Positions 43,767 through 52,651 of a DNA stretch of 64,000 nucleotides are shown piece by piece (within the stretch, counting starts at the first letter, position 1; each line of letters begins with the position of its first letter). The position numbers were made by a program, and so were the translations under genes. This DNA is from Cytophagales bacterium (GTDB taxonomy: Bacteria > Bacteroidota > Bacteroidia > Cytophagales > JAHDFW01). The notes under the pieces are model-generated. The model saw nothing but the letters and a program-made list of their open reading frames with translations, searched no databases and was not told where the DNA came from. The stretch is taken from contig JAHDFW010000001.1 of the NCBI GenBank assembly GCA_020627945.1, positions 5,603 to 69,602 of the forward strand, in the 5' to 3' direction.

Positions 43767-43769
43767 TTA

Positions 43770-43819
43770 ATAAACCACCTTGCAATATCATCCTGTAGAA
43801 TCTTAACAAGGTGGTTTAT
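43770..43819. terminator. Hairpin between convergent genes (possible bidirectional terminator)
   Basis: A perfect 13-bp inverted repeat, ATAAACCACCTTG and CAAGGTGGTTTAT, has a 24-nt loop. Confidence 0.55.
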
Positions 43820-43840
43820 ACTGTTAAACAAAGGTGTACA

Positions 43841-44248
43841 TTAGAGTAAAATTGATACTTCTAAGTCCTGATCTGCATTGAAGGTTTCTGTACGGAAACT
43901 GCCATTATTCTCTGTACCAACTTCCATATGATATTGACCTCTCGGAACATCAAACACAAACTTACCTTCTTCATCCACCTTAACCGTCTCAATAATAGAG
44001 GTTCCGTTGAATAAATTAACGTTTTCTGCTGCAACGGGATTATGGTCCGAGACCACTTGTTTTCCGTTAATCTGAATAATTTGTTCATCATCGTCATTAA
44101 CACCAGGGATTTTCCCGTTTGACTGTGATGTTTTAATTGATAATTCAGCCTTATTTAAAGCCGAAATTGGTTCAGGATTTTTCCCTTGAAAGTCGCAGGA
44201 AGCCATAATTAATAAGCCCAACGCTCCCCATAAAAAATGTTTTTTCAT
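43841..44248 (-). CDS. Small lipoprotein with carboxypeptidase-regulatory-like beta-sandwich
   Basis: It has a lipobox (LLIMASC). The pattern NVNLFNGTSIIETVKVDEEGKFVFDVPRGQYHMEV is typical of CarboxypepD_reg-like folds. Confidence 0.6.
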   Translation of the reverse strand: MKKHFLWGALGLLIMASCDFQGKNPEPISALNKAELSIKTSQSNGKIPGVNDDDEQIIQINGKQVVSDHNPVAAENVNLFNGTSIIETVKVDEEGKFVFDVPRGQYHMEVGTENNGSFRTETFNADQDLEVSILL

Positions 44249-44299
44249 TTTTAAAAAATTTTAAATGATCTTGAAACCGGGCGAAAATCAGGAATAGGT

Positions 44300-44476
44300 A
44301 TCCCATAGGAGTTCTACTCCAATTTCCGACTACACCGGTATGATTTGGGAAGGCATCAGAGCTACGGAAGAACAAGAACTCGCCTTCCAAAAAGGTGTCT
44401 AACGTTAGCTCTGCAGCTTAGAGTCGTACAATTTTTATTTCGTACAACTCTAATACTGCTCGCAAGATGGAGCAGG
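44300..44476. ncRNA. Candidate structured RNA or regulatory leader (unclassified, strand unresolved)
   Basis: The region is intergenic and by eye clearly more GC-rich than its neighbours. Stacked helices are visible: GGAGT/ACTCC (44308-44320); CAGAGCTA/TAGCTCTG (44357-44364 with 44406-44413); GGAAG/CTTCC (44366-44370 with 44384-44388); GAGTCGTAC/GTACAACTC (44421-44450); and CTGCTC/GAGCAG (44456-44475). An alternative pairing, GGAAGG at 44348-44353 with CCTTCC at 44383-44388, is also possible. Confidence 0.3.
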
Positions 44477-44549
44477 AAATTTGGAACTATTCAATGTGAT
44501 TTTTTAGTTTTTATATAATTTCACATTGGACCTAAATCAATTCCCAAAT

Positions 44550-45536
44550 ATGACTATTGAGAACTTCAAACTTTACAGCGGGGTACATTGCGAAACAACT
44601 GCAATAGGTGGACTTTTAGGACAAATCGATGTTGAGTTATCCGAACCACTTATGTTTGGACTTGGTGAAGGTTTAGGTTTTATTTTTTGGAAAATGAAGG
44701 GCATGGAATTCCCTTTTATAGGTGGGAGGGTTAAACCTGATCTGATAATGGAAAACCTTTGCAAAAACTTAGGGCTAAATCTAGAAATCAAAGAGACTAG
44801 TTCAACAAAAAAGGCATGGCAAAATGTTACTTCTAAACTACAGGCTGGTAAAGCTGTTGGATTAAAATTGGACTGCTTTTATTTAGACTATTTCACTAAT
44901 AAAATTCATTTTGCAGGCCATTATGCCACCATATATGGCTATGATAGCGAGCGTGCTTTCCTTAATGACACCTCTCAACAAGGTAAGGCTTGCATTACTA
45001 GTCTTAAGAATCTAGAATTGGCAAGAAATGCTAAAGGACCTATGTCGTCTAAAAACAAATCTTTCACAATATCTAGACAAGATGAGATGACCCCACTTGA
45101 CCAAGCAATACGCAAGGCTATGCACCTAAATGCAACTGACTTCCTTAACCCGCCTATTACAAACTTTGGTTATAAAGGGATCTTAAAAACAAGCGCTCAA
45201 ATAAGGACTTGGTTTGAGACCAGCAACAATCGTGCAGAGGAGTTCGGAACCTGTGCTATGCTTATGGAAAGAGCTGGTACCGGAGGAGCATTATTCCGCA
45301 ATTTATTCAGGGACTATTTATTGGAAGGTGGAGAAATTCTAAAGTCTAAAGAAATAGTTGCTCTGGGCCATGAATATGCAAAAATTGCAACCAAATGGAC
45401 TCAGGTAAGTGAATTACTTGAAAAAGCAGGAAATACTGAAAACAAACAGCACATTGATCGGGCCTCCGAAATTCTAATAGAAATTTCTGAACAAGAAAAA
45501 CAAGCAATGGAAAAATTATATTCTGCTACTTTATAA
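44550..45536 (+). CDS. BtrH_N-like (papain/C39-like fold) plus DUF4872 protein
   Basis: The protein starts at the ATG at 44550. The N-terminus FKLYSGVHCETTAIGGLLGQ...SEPLMFGLGEGLGFIFW matches the BtrH N-terminal domain pattern (HCET...FGLG.GL.F). Confidence 0.7.
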   Translation: MTIENFKLYSGVHCETTAIGGLLGQIDVELSEPLMFGLGEGLGFIFWKMKGMEFPFIGGRVKPDLIMENLCKNLGLNLEIKETSSTKKAWQNVTSKLQAGKAVGLKLDCFYLDYFTNKIHFAGHYATIYGYDSERAFLNDTSQQGKACITSLKNLELARNAKGPMSSKNKSFTISRQDEMTPLDQAIRKAMHLNATDFLNPPITNFGYKGILKTSAQIRTWFETSNNRAEEFGTCAMLMERAGTGGALFRNLFRDYLLEGGEILKSKEIVALGHEYAKIATKWTQVSELLEKAGNTENKQHIDRASEILIEISEQEKQAMEKLYSATL

Positions 45537-45543
45537 GGTAACC

Positions 45544-46875
45544 TTACTTATTCAAACTCTCTAATGCAGTATTGATAGCTTCCATTTGCCCTTCTGATTT
45601 CACAACCTCTTTTGCCTTGGTCAAAATCTTTTTTGCCTTTCCTTTTTTACCCATTTGAACATAGGTAATACCCAGGTTGGTTAACGTAATATCATCTTCT
45701 GGATCAACTTGAAGCGCTTTTTCAAAAGATATTTTAGCTTTATCAAATTGAGCTAAATGCAAATAGGCTGCTCCCGTATTAGAATGGAGTTTCATTTGAT
45801 TCTCAGGATCTTTCTCCTGATCCATTTTTGCTACTTTTTCATAGATCCATACAGCCATTTGTGGACTTTCGGATTGCAGGGCTATATTTCCTAATTCAAA
45901 AGCATAATCAAATTCACCCCTATTCATTAAACTATCACAAACAGTTTCCACCATAGAACCATTTTCTATCATTACTCCTGTAACACCTTTCAAATAATAG
46001 TACTGATACCATGCCTCTGGTTCAGGATCAAATTGATCTAAAATTCTGATTGCCTCACCGTAACTGTTATAGTTCATTAATTGCTCTACTAAACCTAAGA
46101 GACTAGTCTGGTTATTTTTAAGTTTTTCCAGCGTAGACTTAAGAAATTCAGCATTTTTAAATCCTGGAGCTTCATACATAACATCTCCATATTGCACCAC
46201 TTGAGATTCACAGGCCAACCCAATGAAATTCATGTATGTAGAAACGGTATTCTTAGGACATTTTCTCATGCAGGTAACTAATAATTCTAAGGCTTCTTTT
46301 TGCTGTCCTTTCTGATCAAGACAATAAGCAAGATTATTGTAGGGTTCTGGATAGGTAGAATCACTTTTTATAGACTCTTGAGACAGTTTAATAGCCTTAT
46401 CGTAATTCCGATTATTCACCTCAATTAACGACAAGTAATTATTCGCCACTGAATTAGAAGGGTCTAATTTCAATGTTTGATTAAAATAATGCTCTGGAGA
46501 ACGTAAGTTCAGATCTTTAAGATTGTATTGTATGACTCCATACAAATTATTTACATATGGGTTAGTCTCATCATATTTTTTCTGAAGCAATAACTCCAAT
46601 TCGAAAAGCTCCTTTCCTCTAAACTGAAAATACACCTCACGCATTCTATAATACATCTCGTATTCATAAGCCAAATGATTTGAAACAGCCGCGAGATATA
46701 AGTAATCAGGGACATACTCAGCAACACTAGCACCTAATTCACCCGCTGATTTAAAATCGTTTTGCGAAACAGCAGCCCAAAATTTCCCTTCCGCAGCTAA
46801 GGTATCATATTGGGCGTAAAGCGGCACTTGCACAAGAACCAACAACGTAAATAGTATTTTTTTCATAGAGCTCAA
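45544..46875 (-). CDS. Secreted TPR-repeat protein
   Basis: It has a signal peptide (KKILFTLLVLVQVPLYAQ). Multiple TPR units are present (PEPYNNLAYCLDQKGQQKEALELL, HSNTGAAYLHLAQFDKAKISFEKALQVDPED, LTNLGITYVQMGKKGKAKKIL). Confidence 0.75.
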   Translation of the reverse strand: MSSMKKILFTLLVLVQVPLYAQYDTLAAEGKFWAAVSQNDFKSAGELGASVAEYVPDYLYLAAVSNHLAYEYEMYYRMREVYFQFRGKELFELELLLQKKYDETNPYVNNLYGVIQYNLKDLNLRSPEHYFNQTLKLDPSNSVANNYLSLIEVNNRNYDKAIKLSQESIKSDSTYPEPYNNLAYCLDQKGQQKEALELLVTCMRKCPKNTVSTYMNFIGLACESQVVQYGDVMYEAPGFKNAEFLKSTLEKLKNNQTSLLGLVEQLMNYNSYGEAIRILDQFDPEPEAWYQYYYLKGVTGVMIENGSMVETVCDSLMNRGEFDYAFELGNIALQSESPQMAVWIYEKVAKMDQEKDPENQMKLHSNTGAAYLHLAQFDKAKISFEKALQVDPEDDITLTNLGITYVQMGKKGKAKKILTKAKEVVKSEGQMEAINTALESLNK

Positions 46876-47022
46876 ACCTCATTATTTTTCACTGGATAAA
46901 CAAATATAGATTCTCAAATAGTACTCTACTATAAAGTTCTCACAAAATTAAGTAGGGTATTACTGCTAGTTAGTGTTTTCATATATACAAACACTATAAT
47001 ATTAACCTCTTAACGTTAAAAC

Positions 47023-47349
47023 ATGAATTTAGCACCGACAAACATTACTAACTCTAATCTAACTACTACCGTTGGTAATGATATCCGACCAAAAAAGTAT
47101 AGAAACAGTATTGCACCCAATGAAATTCTTCAATCTGTAAGCGTACACGCCTCAGAGCAATATATTTCTATACTTAGTCGGAATATTCTTCCTACTTACA
47201 TCTTATCAGACAGCTCTGGTCGAATAATAATTGCTAAAACGGACAATATAGTTAGTCTAAAAGGGTTAACTAACCATCACTACATACTCAAAATTTACTT
47301 AAAACAACAGCTCAGAAGTATAGTCAACTTAAGCATCTGTCACTATTAG
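47023..47349 (+). CDS. Doubtful small ORF whose C-terminal half resembles a degenerate T9SS type A sorting domain (possible gene remnant)
   Basis: YILSDSSGRIIIAKTDNIVSLKGLTNHHYILKIY follows the pattern i.d..Gr.v......i.l.gL..G.Y.l.i. It has no signal peptide and no upstream passenger domain. A hairpin plus T8 follows at about 47397-47438. Confidence 0.3.
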   Translation: MNLAPTNITNSNLTTTVGNDIRPKKYRNSIAPNEILQSVSVHASEQYISILSRNILPTYILSDSSGRIIIAKTDNIVSLKGLTNHHYILKIYLKQQLRSIVNLSICHY

Positions 47350-47453
47350 GTAATGTTCAATCCTTTTAGTAGGGTTAAATTAAATTCAAACAAAAAGGTC
47401 TGCTCCTTCTTTATAGAAAGGGTCGGACTTTTTTTTATCTGCTAACATTCCAC

Positions 47454-47461
47454 TAATTTTG
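47454..47461 (+). promoter_or_regulatory. Candidate Bacteroidota -7 promoter box TAATTTTG
   Basis: It is an exact TAnnTTTG match, 25 nt upstream of the ATG at 47487. Confidence 0.4.
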
Positions 47462-47486
47462 AATCATCAAAACATTTAGCTTCCCT

Positions 47487-50090
47487 ATGAGAACTTTATT
47501 CATTTGCTTGATTCTGGTCAGTTCAAATCTTCTGGCAAACATTAATAATACTAATCCTGCTCACATAACCCCCTCTTTGCTTCAGCACATGAAAGATCAC
47601 CCAAAAGATCTTCATAGAATTCGAGTAGAGTTTAAGGATAATGTGGATTGCTACGGACTTAATCAGTCGTTTAAGGACAATAAGACTCCTATTTCTGAAC
47701 GTAAGAAAACTGTGATTCGAATGTTAATGCAGCAAGCCAATAAAAGTCAGGCATCCCTACTTGAACTTATAAACGCTTACAAAGATGAAGATGTTAGAGA
47801 AGTTCAATCCTTTTGGGTTACGAACATTGTGGTAATGGAAGCATCAACTTCTTTAATAAATCAAATTAGAAAACTTCCAGAAGTGAACCTAATCGATGCT
47901 GAGTATAACAGAATCCAAATGCATGATCCCATTATTCCATCCACAGAGCGTAATAATAAAACCGCTAACCCTAATGGAATCGAACCTGGCTTAGCCGCAA
48001 TTAACGCTCCTAAACTTTGGGCTATGGGTTATACTGGAAAAGGCACTTTAGTTTATAATTATGATACTGGGGTTTGGCCAACACACCCAGCATATTCTGA
48101 TCGTTTTCTTGCACATAGACTACCACTTTCTCAAAGCTGGATTGGATTTTTTAGCGACGTCCCTAATGGTACTATAAGTGATCATGGAACGCACACTTTA
48201 GGTACAATTGCTGGGTTAGACAGAGCAACTTCTGATACTATTGGCGTAGCGTTCAACGCTTATTGGATTGCCAATGATTATGTAACTTCAACAGTAGAGG
48301 AGTTACCTCCATTGACTAACATGATCGAAGCTTTTGAATGGGCCTTAAACCCAGATGGGGACACGTCAACGGTTCATGATATCCCAGATGTAATTAACAA
48401 TAGTTGGCGATGGCTCGATGATCCAGATACGGTACACTGCGGAGGTTTTGTGGTAAACTTGATGAATGCGATTGAAGCAGCTGGAATTGCAAATATTTTT
48501 TCAGGAGGAAATTCAGGACCCGACAACACTACGGTTAATTCACCTCAACGCATCAATACAAGTGAGGTTAATACTTTTAGCGTAGGAAGTATCAATGGTA
48601 ATGTAGCTTTCCCTCACCCAATTAGTACATTTTCAACTTTAGGACCAACACAATGCGCGGGAACGGGGTCTTTAGCAATACATCCAGAAGTTGTTGCTCC
48701 AGGTCAAAATGTAAGATCTGCTTGGGGAACGGATGAATACAATAGCATTTCAGGAACAAGTATGGCTGCTCCTCACGTTTCTGGTGCTGTTTTACTTCTC
48801 AAGGAAGCATTTCCAGACTTATCGGGTGAAGATTTGTTATGGGCACTTTACAACACCGCCATTGATTTAGGAGATACTGGTGAAGACAATACTTTTGGTA
48901 AAGGAATCATTGACGTGTATGCTGCTTATCAAGAACTTGCTATGTCACATACTCCAAGAGATCCTAATCAAATAAAATATGATCTGGCCATTTCGGAAAT
49001 CACATCCCCTGTGGAATCTGTAGTCAACTGTGATACTGAACATCCAATATCGCTATATATCAAAAACCATGGTGATACAACGGTTACTTCGGCAACTGTA
49101 TATTATTACTTCAAAGACGAAGCAGTAAATTCATTTAACTGGAGCGGCACGTTAAACAGCGGAGACTCTGTTTTGGTAAATCTTCCTGCTATCACTACAA
49201 CCAAACTTGGTGAATTGGAATTAATAACTCAAGTTTCGTCATCCAACAATGAACAGGAGTACGACATTTACAACAATTATCGCCTAATCCATATCAACAG
49301 AATTCCAGAATTTGATATTCCTTTTTCAGAAGATTTTGAGAATGGGTTTGCAAATCATGGATGGGCCTTGGACAACCCAGATAATTCAATCACATGGGAT
49401 ACGGCAACTACCGAAGGTTTAGAAGGTACAATTTCTGCTGCTCTTAAACATTACAGGTACGATCCAGCAGAATTACAACGTGATGGTCTAATAACACCTC
49501 AATTGATTCTTCCAGCCGATGCTAATGTCACATTGGAATTCGATATTTCCTACCAAATGGTCCATGTATCACTTGCTGAAAGGCTTATTGTTTCTATTTC
49601 TTCCGACTGTGGAAATACATATTCAGAAATATTTAACGAAAGCGAAGGGATCAATACTCACGATACGATTAAAGCGGATTTCGTGCCTTGGCACAATGGA
49701 CAATGGGAAACTAAAAGTTTAGACATCTCGGATTTCGCTGGAAACACCATTGTAGTGAAATTTGAAACTGAAAATAAAAGCGGAAACAACTTGTATTTAG
49801 ATAACGTCCTAATTTATAACGGGGATCGCCCATTGGGAATTAATTCAAACCAGAAGAGCAAATTTCAAGTTTACCCTAACCCAACCGAAAATATCTTTAC
49901 TATAAAATTTGAAAGTTTCAATGCCTCGACGTCCGTTCAACTTTTGGATTTATCTGGAAGATTGGTTAGAAAGGTTAACATTTCTTCTACAGCAGAGGAC
50001 ATAGATATTACTGATCTAAATTCAGGAATCTATCTTATTGAAGTACGTCAGGGCGACTGGATCGAAAGACGTAAGATTGTTAAAAAATAA
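47487..50090 (+). CDS. S8 family serine peptidase (subtilase) with T9SS type A C-terminal sorting domain
   Basis: The catalytic triad contexts are YDTGVWPTHP (Asp), DHGTHTLGTIAG (His) and GTSMAAPHVSGAVLLLKE (Ser). The N-terminal propeptide is I9-like. The C-terminus is FQVYPNPTENIFTIKF...SGIYLIEVRQGDWIERRKIVKK. Confidence 0.92.
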   Translation: MRTLFICLILVSSNLLANINNTNPAHITPSLLQHMKDHPKDLHRIRVEFKDNVDCYGLNQSFKDNKTPISERKKTVIRMLMQQANKSQASLLELINAYKDEDVREVQSFWVTNIVVMEASTSLINQIRKLPEVNLIDAEYNRIQMHDPIIPSTERNNKTANPNGIEPGLAAINAPKLWAMGYTGKGTLVYNYDTGVWPTHPAYSDRFLAHRLPLSQSWIGFFSDVPNGTISDHGTHTLGTIAGLDRATSDTIGVAFNAYWIANDYVTSTVEELPPLTNMIEAFEWALNPDGDTSTVHDIPDVINNSWRWLDDPDTVHCGGFVVNLMNAIEAAGIANIFSGGNSGPDNTTVNSPQRINTSEVNTFSVGSINGNVAFPHPISTFSTLGPTQCAGTGSLAIHPEVVAPGQNVRSAWGTDEYNSISGTSMAAPHVSGAVLLLKEAFPDLSGEDLLWALYNTAIDLGDTGEDNTFGKGIIDVYAAYQELAMSHTPRDPNQIKYDLAISEITSPVESVVNCDTEHPISLYIKNHGDTTVTSATVYYYFKDEAVNSFNWSGTLNSGDSVLVNLPAITTTKLGELELITQVSSSNNEQEYDIYNNYRLIHINRIPEFDIPFSEDFENGFANHGWALDNPDNSITWDTATTEGLEGTISAALKHYRYDPAELQRDGLITPQLILPADANVTLEFDISYQMVHVSLAERLIVSISSDCGNTYSEIFNESEGINTHDTIKADFVPWHNGQWETKSLDISDFAGNTIVVKFETENKSGNNLYLDNVLIYNGDRPLGINSNQKSKFQVYPNPTENIFTIKFESFNASTSVQLLDLSGRLVRKVNISSTAEDIDITDLNSGIYLIEVRQGDWIERRKIVKK

Positions 50091-50097
50091 GAAAAGA

Positions 50098-50466
50098 TTA
50101 TTCTCCTGTGAGTCGATCTAGGTTTCGACGATCTCTTTTGGTTGGTCTTCCTTTGATTCCAAGAACTTTGTTTTGCCGATTGAGCAATCGGATTTGTTCT
50201 AATTGTTCCAGAGTATCTGCTTCCGTTAAATCTTCAAGATAATCAGGTACTAACTTGGCTCCTACTCTGGATTTTGGGATACCTTTGACTCTATAATTGA
50301 GCCAAACAGGAACCATTTTGATTGAAATCTCATCCCCAACCTTTACATTTTTACCGGGTTTAGAGACTTCTCCATTCAAGAGAACTTTTTCACCAGAACA
50401 ATCTTTAGAAGCGATAGATCTAGTTTTCTTTAACCTTACACTCCATATGTATTTATCTAGTCTCAC
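50098..50466 (-). CDS. RNA-binding S4 domain protein (Hsp15/HslR-like)
   Basis: MRLDKYIWSVRLKKTRSIASKDCSGEKVLLNGEVSKPGKNVKVGDEISI is a canonical S4 domain. The size (122 aa) is typical of Hsp15. Confidence 0.85.
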   Translation of the reverse strand: MRLDKYIWSVRLKKTRSIASKDCSGEKVLLNGEVSKPGKNVKVGDEISIKMVPVWLNYRVKGIPKSRVGAKLVPDYLEDLTEADTLEQLEQIRLLNRQNKVLGIKGRPTKRDRRNLDRLTGE

Positions 50467-50473
50467 GATGAGA

Positions 50474-51358
50474 TTATATTTGCTCTACTGTGTAACCAGC
50501 TTTTTCTAATAAATTTAATAGACCATCTTCTCCAAACAAGTGAGCAGCCCCAACCATAATAAATTCCATCGGATCATCTTCTAAATACTCCTTGATCATT
50601 GGCATCCAGTTTTCATTACGCTTCTTCAGCAATACATTATATTGTCCTGGATCATCCTCTTTCATTTGAGTAATGATATCTTCAAAGACCTTACTGTCTC
50701 CAGTTTTCCAAGCAGCGGTCATTTCACTAAAATCTGAAGTAGGCTTTTTCATTTCTTTAAGTGAATATTTAACATACTTATTTGGATCATCCATACCCAT
50801 ATTTGCGAGCATATTTAATTGAAATTCTGGTGTTTCAAAATACTCTATTGGTTTAGGATTTTCTTTATCCTCTTTTACCATGTTTTGAAAATATGGGTCA
50901 ACTCCCGATTCGGAAACTCCACTTTTTTGCAATTCCATAACGGAAAAAGTTGTCATTAACATACCCGGTTTCATTTGATCAAGTGCTAACATCGGGAGTC
51001 CATTAGCCTTGGCCAACTTCTTAACCTTCTTGTAATTTTTCTTATTAAGTTCAGTCTTCAAAGTTCTACCATCGGCATACATCATCTCAGACATCATACT
51101 TTGAATTACTTGTGGGTCCTGAACAGCGGTTACATCTGCTTCAAAAACGAGTTTATCACACTTTTCATAGAGTTCTTCATATTTGCCTGGAAGAGGGAAA
51201 TCAGAAGCCTTTAAAATATGTACGGTCCCTCCTAAGTACGAGGTGCGACCATCCTTACTAATTTTCCAAATTGACGTTTTTTGTCCTGATACAAATAAAG
51301 TCTGGGCAATCAAAACAACCATTACCCCTGTTAGCTTCAATACCTTTGATAAACTCAT
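50474..51358 (-). CDS. TraB/GumN family protein
   Basis: It has a signal peptide. The motifs YLGGTVHILKASDFPLP and FIMVGAAHLFGEDGLLNLLEKAGYTVEQ are present. Confidence 0.85.
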   Translation of the reverse strand: MSLSKVLKLTGVMVVLIAQTLFVSGQKTSIWKISKDGRTSYLGGTVHILKASDFPLPGKYEELYEKCDKLVFEADVTAVQDPQVIQSMMSEMMYADGRTLKTELNKKNYKKVKKLAKANGLPMLALDQMKPGMLMTTFSVMELQKSGVSESGVDPYFQNMVKEDKENPKPIEYFETPEFQLNMLANMGMDDPNKYVKYSLKEMKKPTSDFSEMTAAWKTGDSKVFEDIITQMKEDDPGQYNVLLKKRNENWMPMIKEYLEDDPMEFIMVGAAHLFGEDGLLNLLEKAGYTVEQI

Positions 51359-51492
51359 ATTGCTATCTTTATTAATTAAAAAATGAACTTGTCAGCTTCT
51401 TCTACAAATCTAAAGGATATTTAATACATTCGTGGAACTAATTATTCAATAGTTCAGTTTTAAAACCATTAATCACCTTAATATAATCGATA

Positions 51493-52086
51493 ATGTTACA
51501 ACGAATATTTCTTTTAAGTCTGACAATTACCATAACCAGTATGATTGCTAAAAGCCAGGTAGCAAGTGAAGTTTGCGCACTTAATATTGGTACGGAATGT
51601 CCTTCTGCGAAAGTTCAACAAGTGGATGGAACGGTGATAGACCTGAAAGAGTATTGTGCAGATCAACCTACGGTTTTGGTTTTTTATCGTGGAGGCTGGT
51701 GTCCATATTGTACCGACCATTTAGCGGCTCTAAATAGTGTCGAAAATGAAATTAAGGAAATGGGATATAATGTTGTAGCAATAAGTCCCGACGATGTTAA
51801 AACGTATCCTGAGTTTCTGAAAAAAGAAAAATTGAATTACACATTGATCTCTGATTATCAAGATGAGGCTATGAAAGCCTTTGGAGTAGCATTTCACCCT
51901 TCTGAAAAGCGTATTGGGATTTATTCCCGTGTAATGAAAAAACCGGAAGAGAACTTACTTGTTCCCGTTCCGGCTATATTCGTAATCAAGGATGGTGTTA
52001 TCCTTTATCGTTATGTTAATCCTAACTACTCCGTAAGAATTTCGAACGACATGCTTATTGCTGCGTTAAAATCCTTAAAGAAATAG
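51493..52086 (+). CDS. Peroxiredoxin-like / AhpC-TSA family thiol-disulfide oxidoreductase
   Basis: The sequence VLVFYRGGWCPYCTDHLAAL has a CxxC in a thioredoxin-fold context. It has a signal peptide. Confidence 0.8.
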   Translation: MLQRIFLLSLTITITSMIAKSQVASEVCALNIGTECPSAKVQQVDGTVIDLKEYCADQPTVLVFYRGGWCPYCTDHLAALNSVENEIKEMGYNVVAISPDDVKTYPEFLKKEKLNYTLISDYQDEAMKAFGVAFHPSEKRIGIYSRVMKKPEENLLVPVPAIFVIKDGVILYRYVNPNYSVRISNDMLIAALKSLKK

Positions 52087-52092
52087 TAACAG

Positions 52093-52578
52093 CTACTTAA
52101 CTTTAGCAGCTAAAGCATAAAGGTTTTTGCTTGCGGATAATCCACGTGAAGTTATTAGCGTTTTATTTACTTCATAGGCTAGACGGCCCTCTTTTGATAC
52201 TAAATTTATATCGCCATTGGCCGTGCTCTGATCGTCAGTTACAAATAGAGTTTTACCTTTTGCAAAATCCCCTAATTCACTAGACAAATCCGAGTTTTTT
52301 CCAACAAAAACCATATTACAACTAGTCGCTTCGCTTTTATTCGTAAGTTTTACAACCTTGATATTAATGTTACTTCCACCAAAACTTGCAATGGTATTAA
52401 GTACATTAAAAATTTGGTCATTTTTATAAACACCAATCTTTGTAGGACCGTCAGACTTCCACTCAACAAGTTCGGATAACTTATATAATAAGGTACCCTT
52501 AACGTTGTCGTTTTGAGCAAACGATGTTACTACAAAACCCATGCACAACAGTCCGGTTAATATTGATTTTAATTTCAT
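52093..52578 (-). CDS. YfiR-family (DUF4154) periplasmic protein
   Basis: It has a signal peptide. The pattern VKGTLLYKLSELVEWKSDG...CNMVFVGKNS...KTLFVTDDQSTANGDINLVSKEGRLAYEVNKTLITSRGLSASKNLYALAAKV follows the YfiR/DUF4154 consensus layout. Confidence 0.7.
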   Translation of the reverse strand: MKLKSILTGLLCMGFVVTSFAQNDNVKGTLLYKLSELVEWKSDGPTKIGVYKNDQIFNVLNTIASFGGSNINIKVVKLTNKSEATSCNMVFVGKNSDLSSELGDFAKGKTLFVTDDQSTANGDINLVSKEGRLAYEVNKTLITSRGLSASKNLYALAAKVK

Positions 52579-52651
52579 CTTAAATTATTTTTTTACCCAA
52601 ATTAATATGATCTAAAATCATGCCAATTCGAATTGGTTATAAAACGGAATA

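Noticed and set aside
44172-44390. A 72-aa minus-strand ORF covers part of the structured spacer. A nested 80-aa ORF lies at 43861-44103.
   Set aside because: The first overlaps the start of the lipoprotein gene in another frame, and its sequence looks like translated structured RNA. The second lies inside the lipoprotein CDS in a different frame.
44300-44476. I considered assigning the structured spacer to a known RNA family: SRP/4.5S, 6S, tmRNA, RNase P, or the TPP, SAM, cobalamin, glycine, c-di-GMP, fluoride or ZTP riboswitches.
   Set aside because: None of the invariant core sequences I know for these families is present on either strand. Examples are GGAAGCAGCC-type SRP domain IV, the CUGAGA of TPP and the GCCACUG of cobalamin. 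The segment is therefore left unclassified rather than named.
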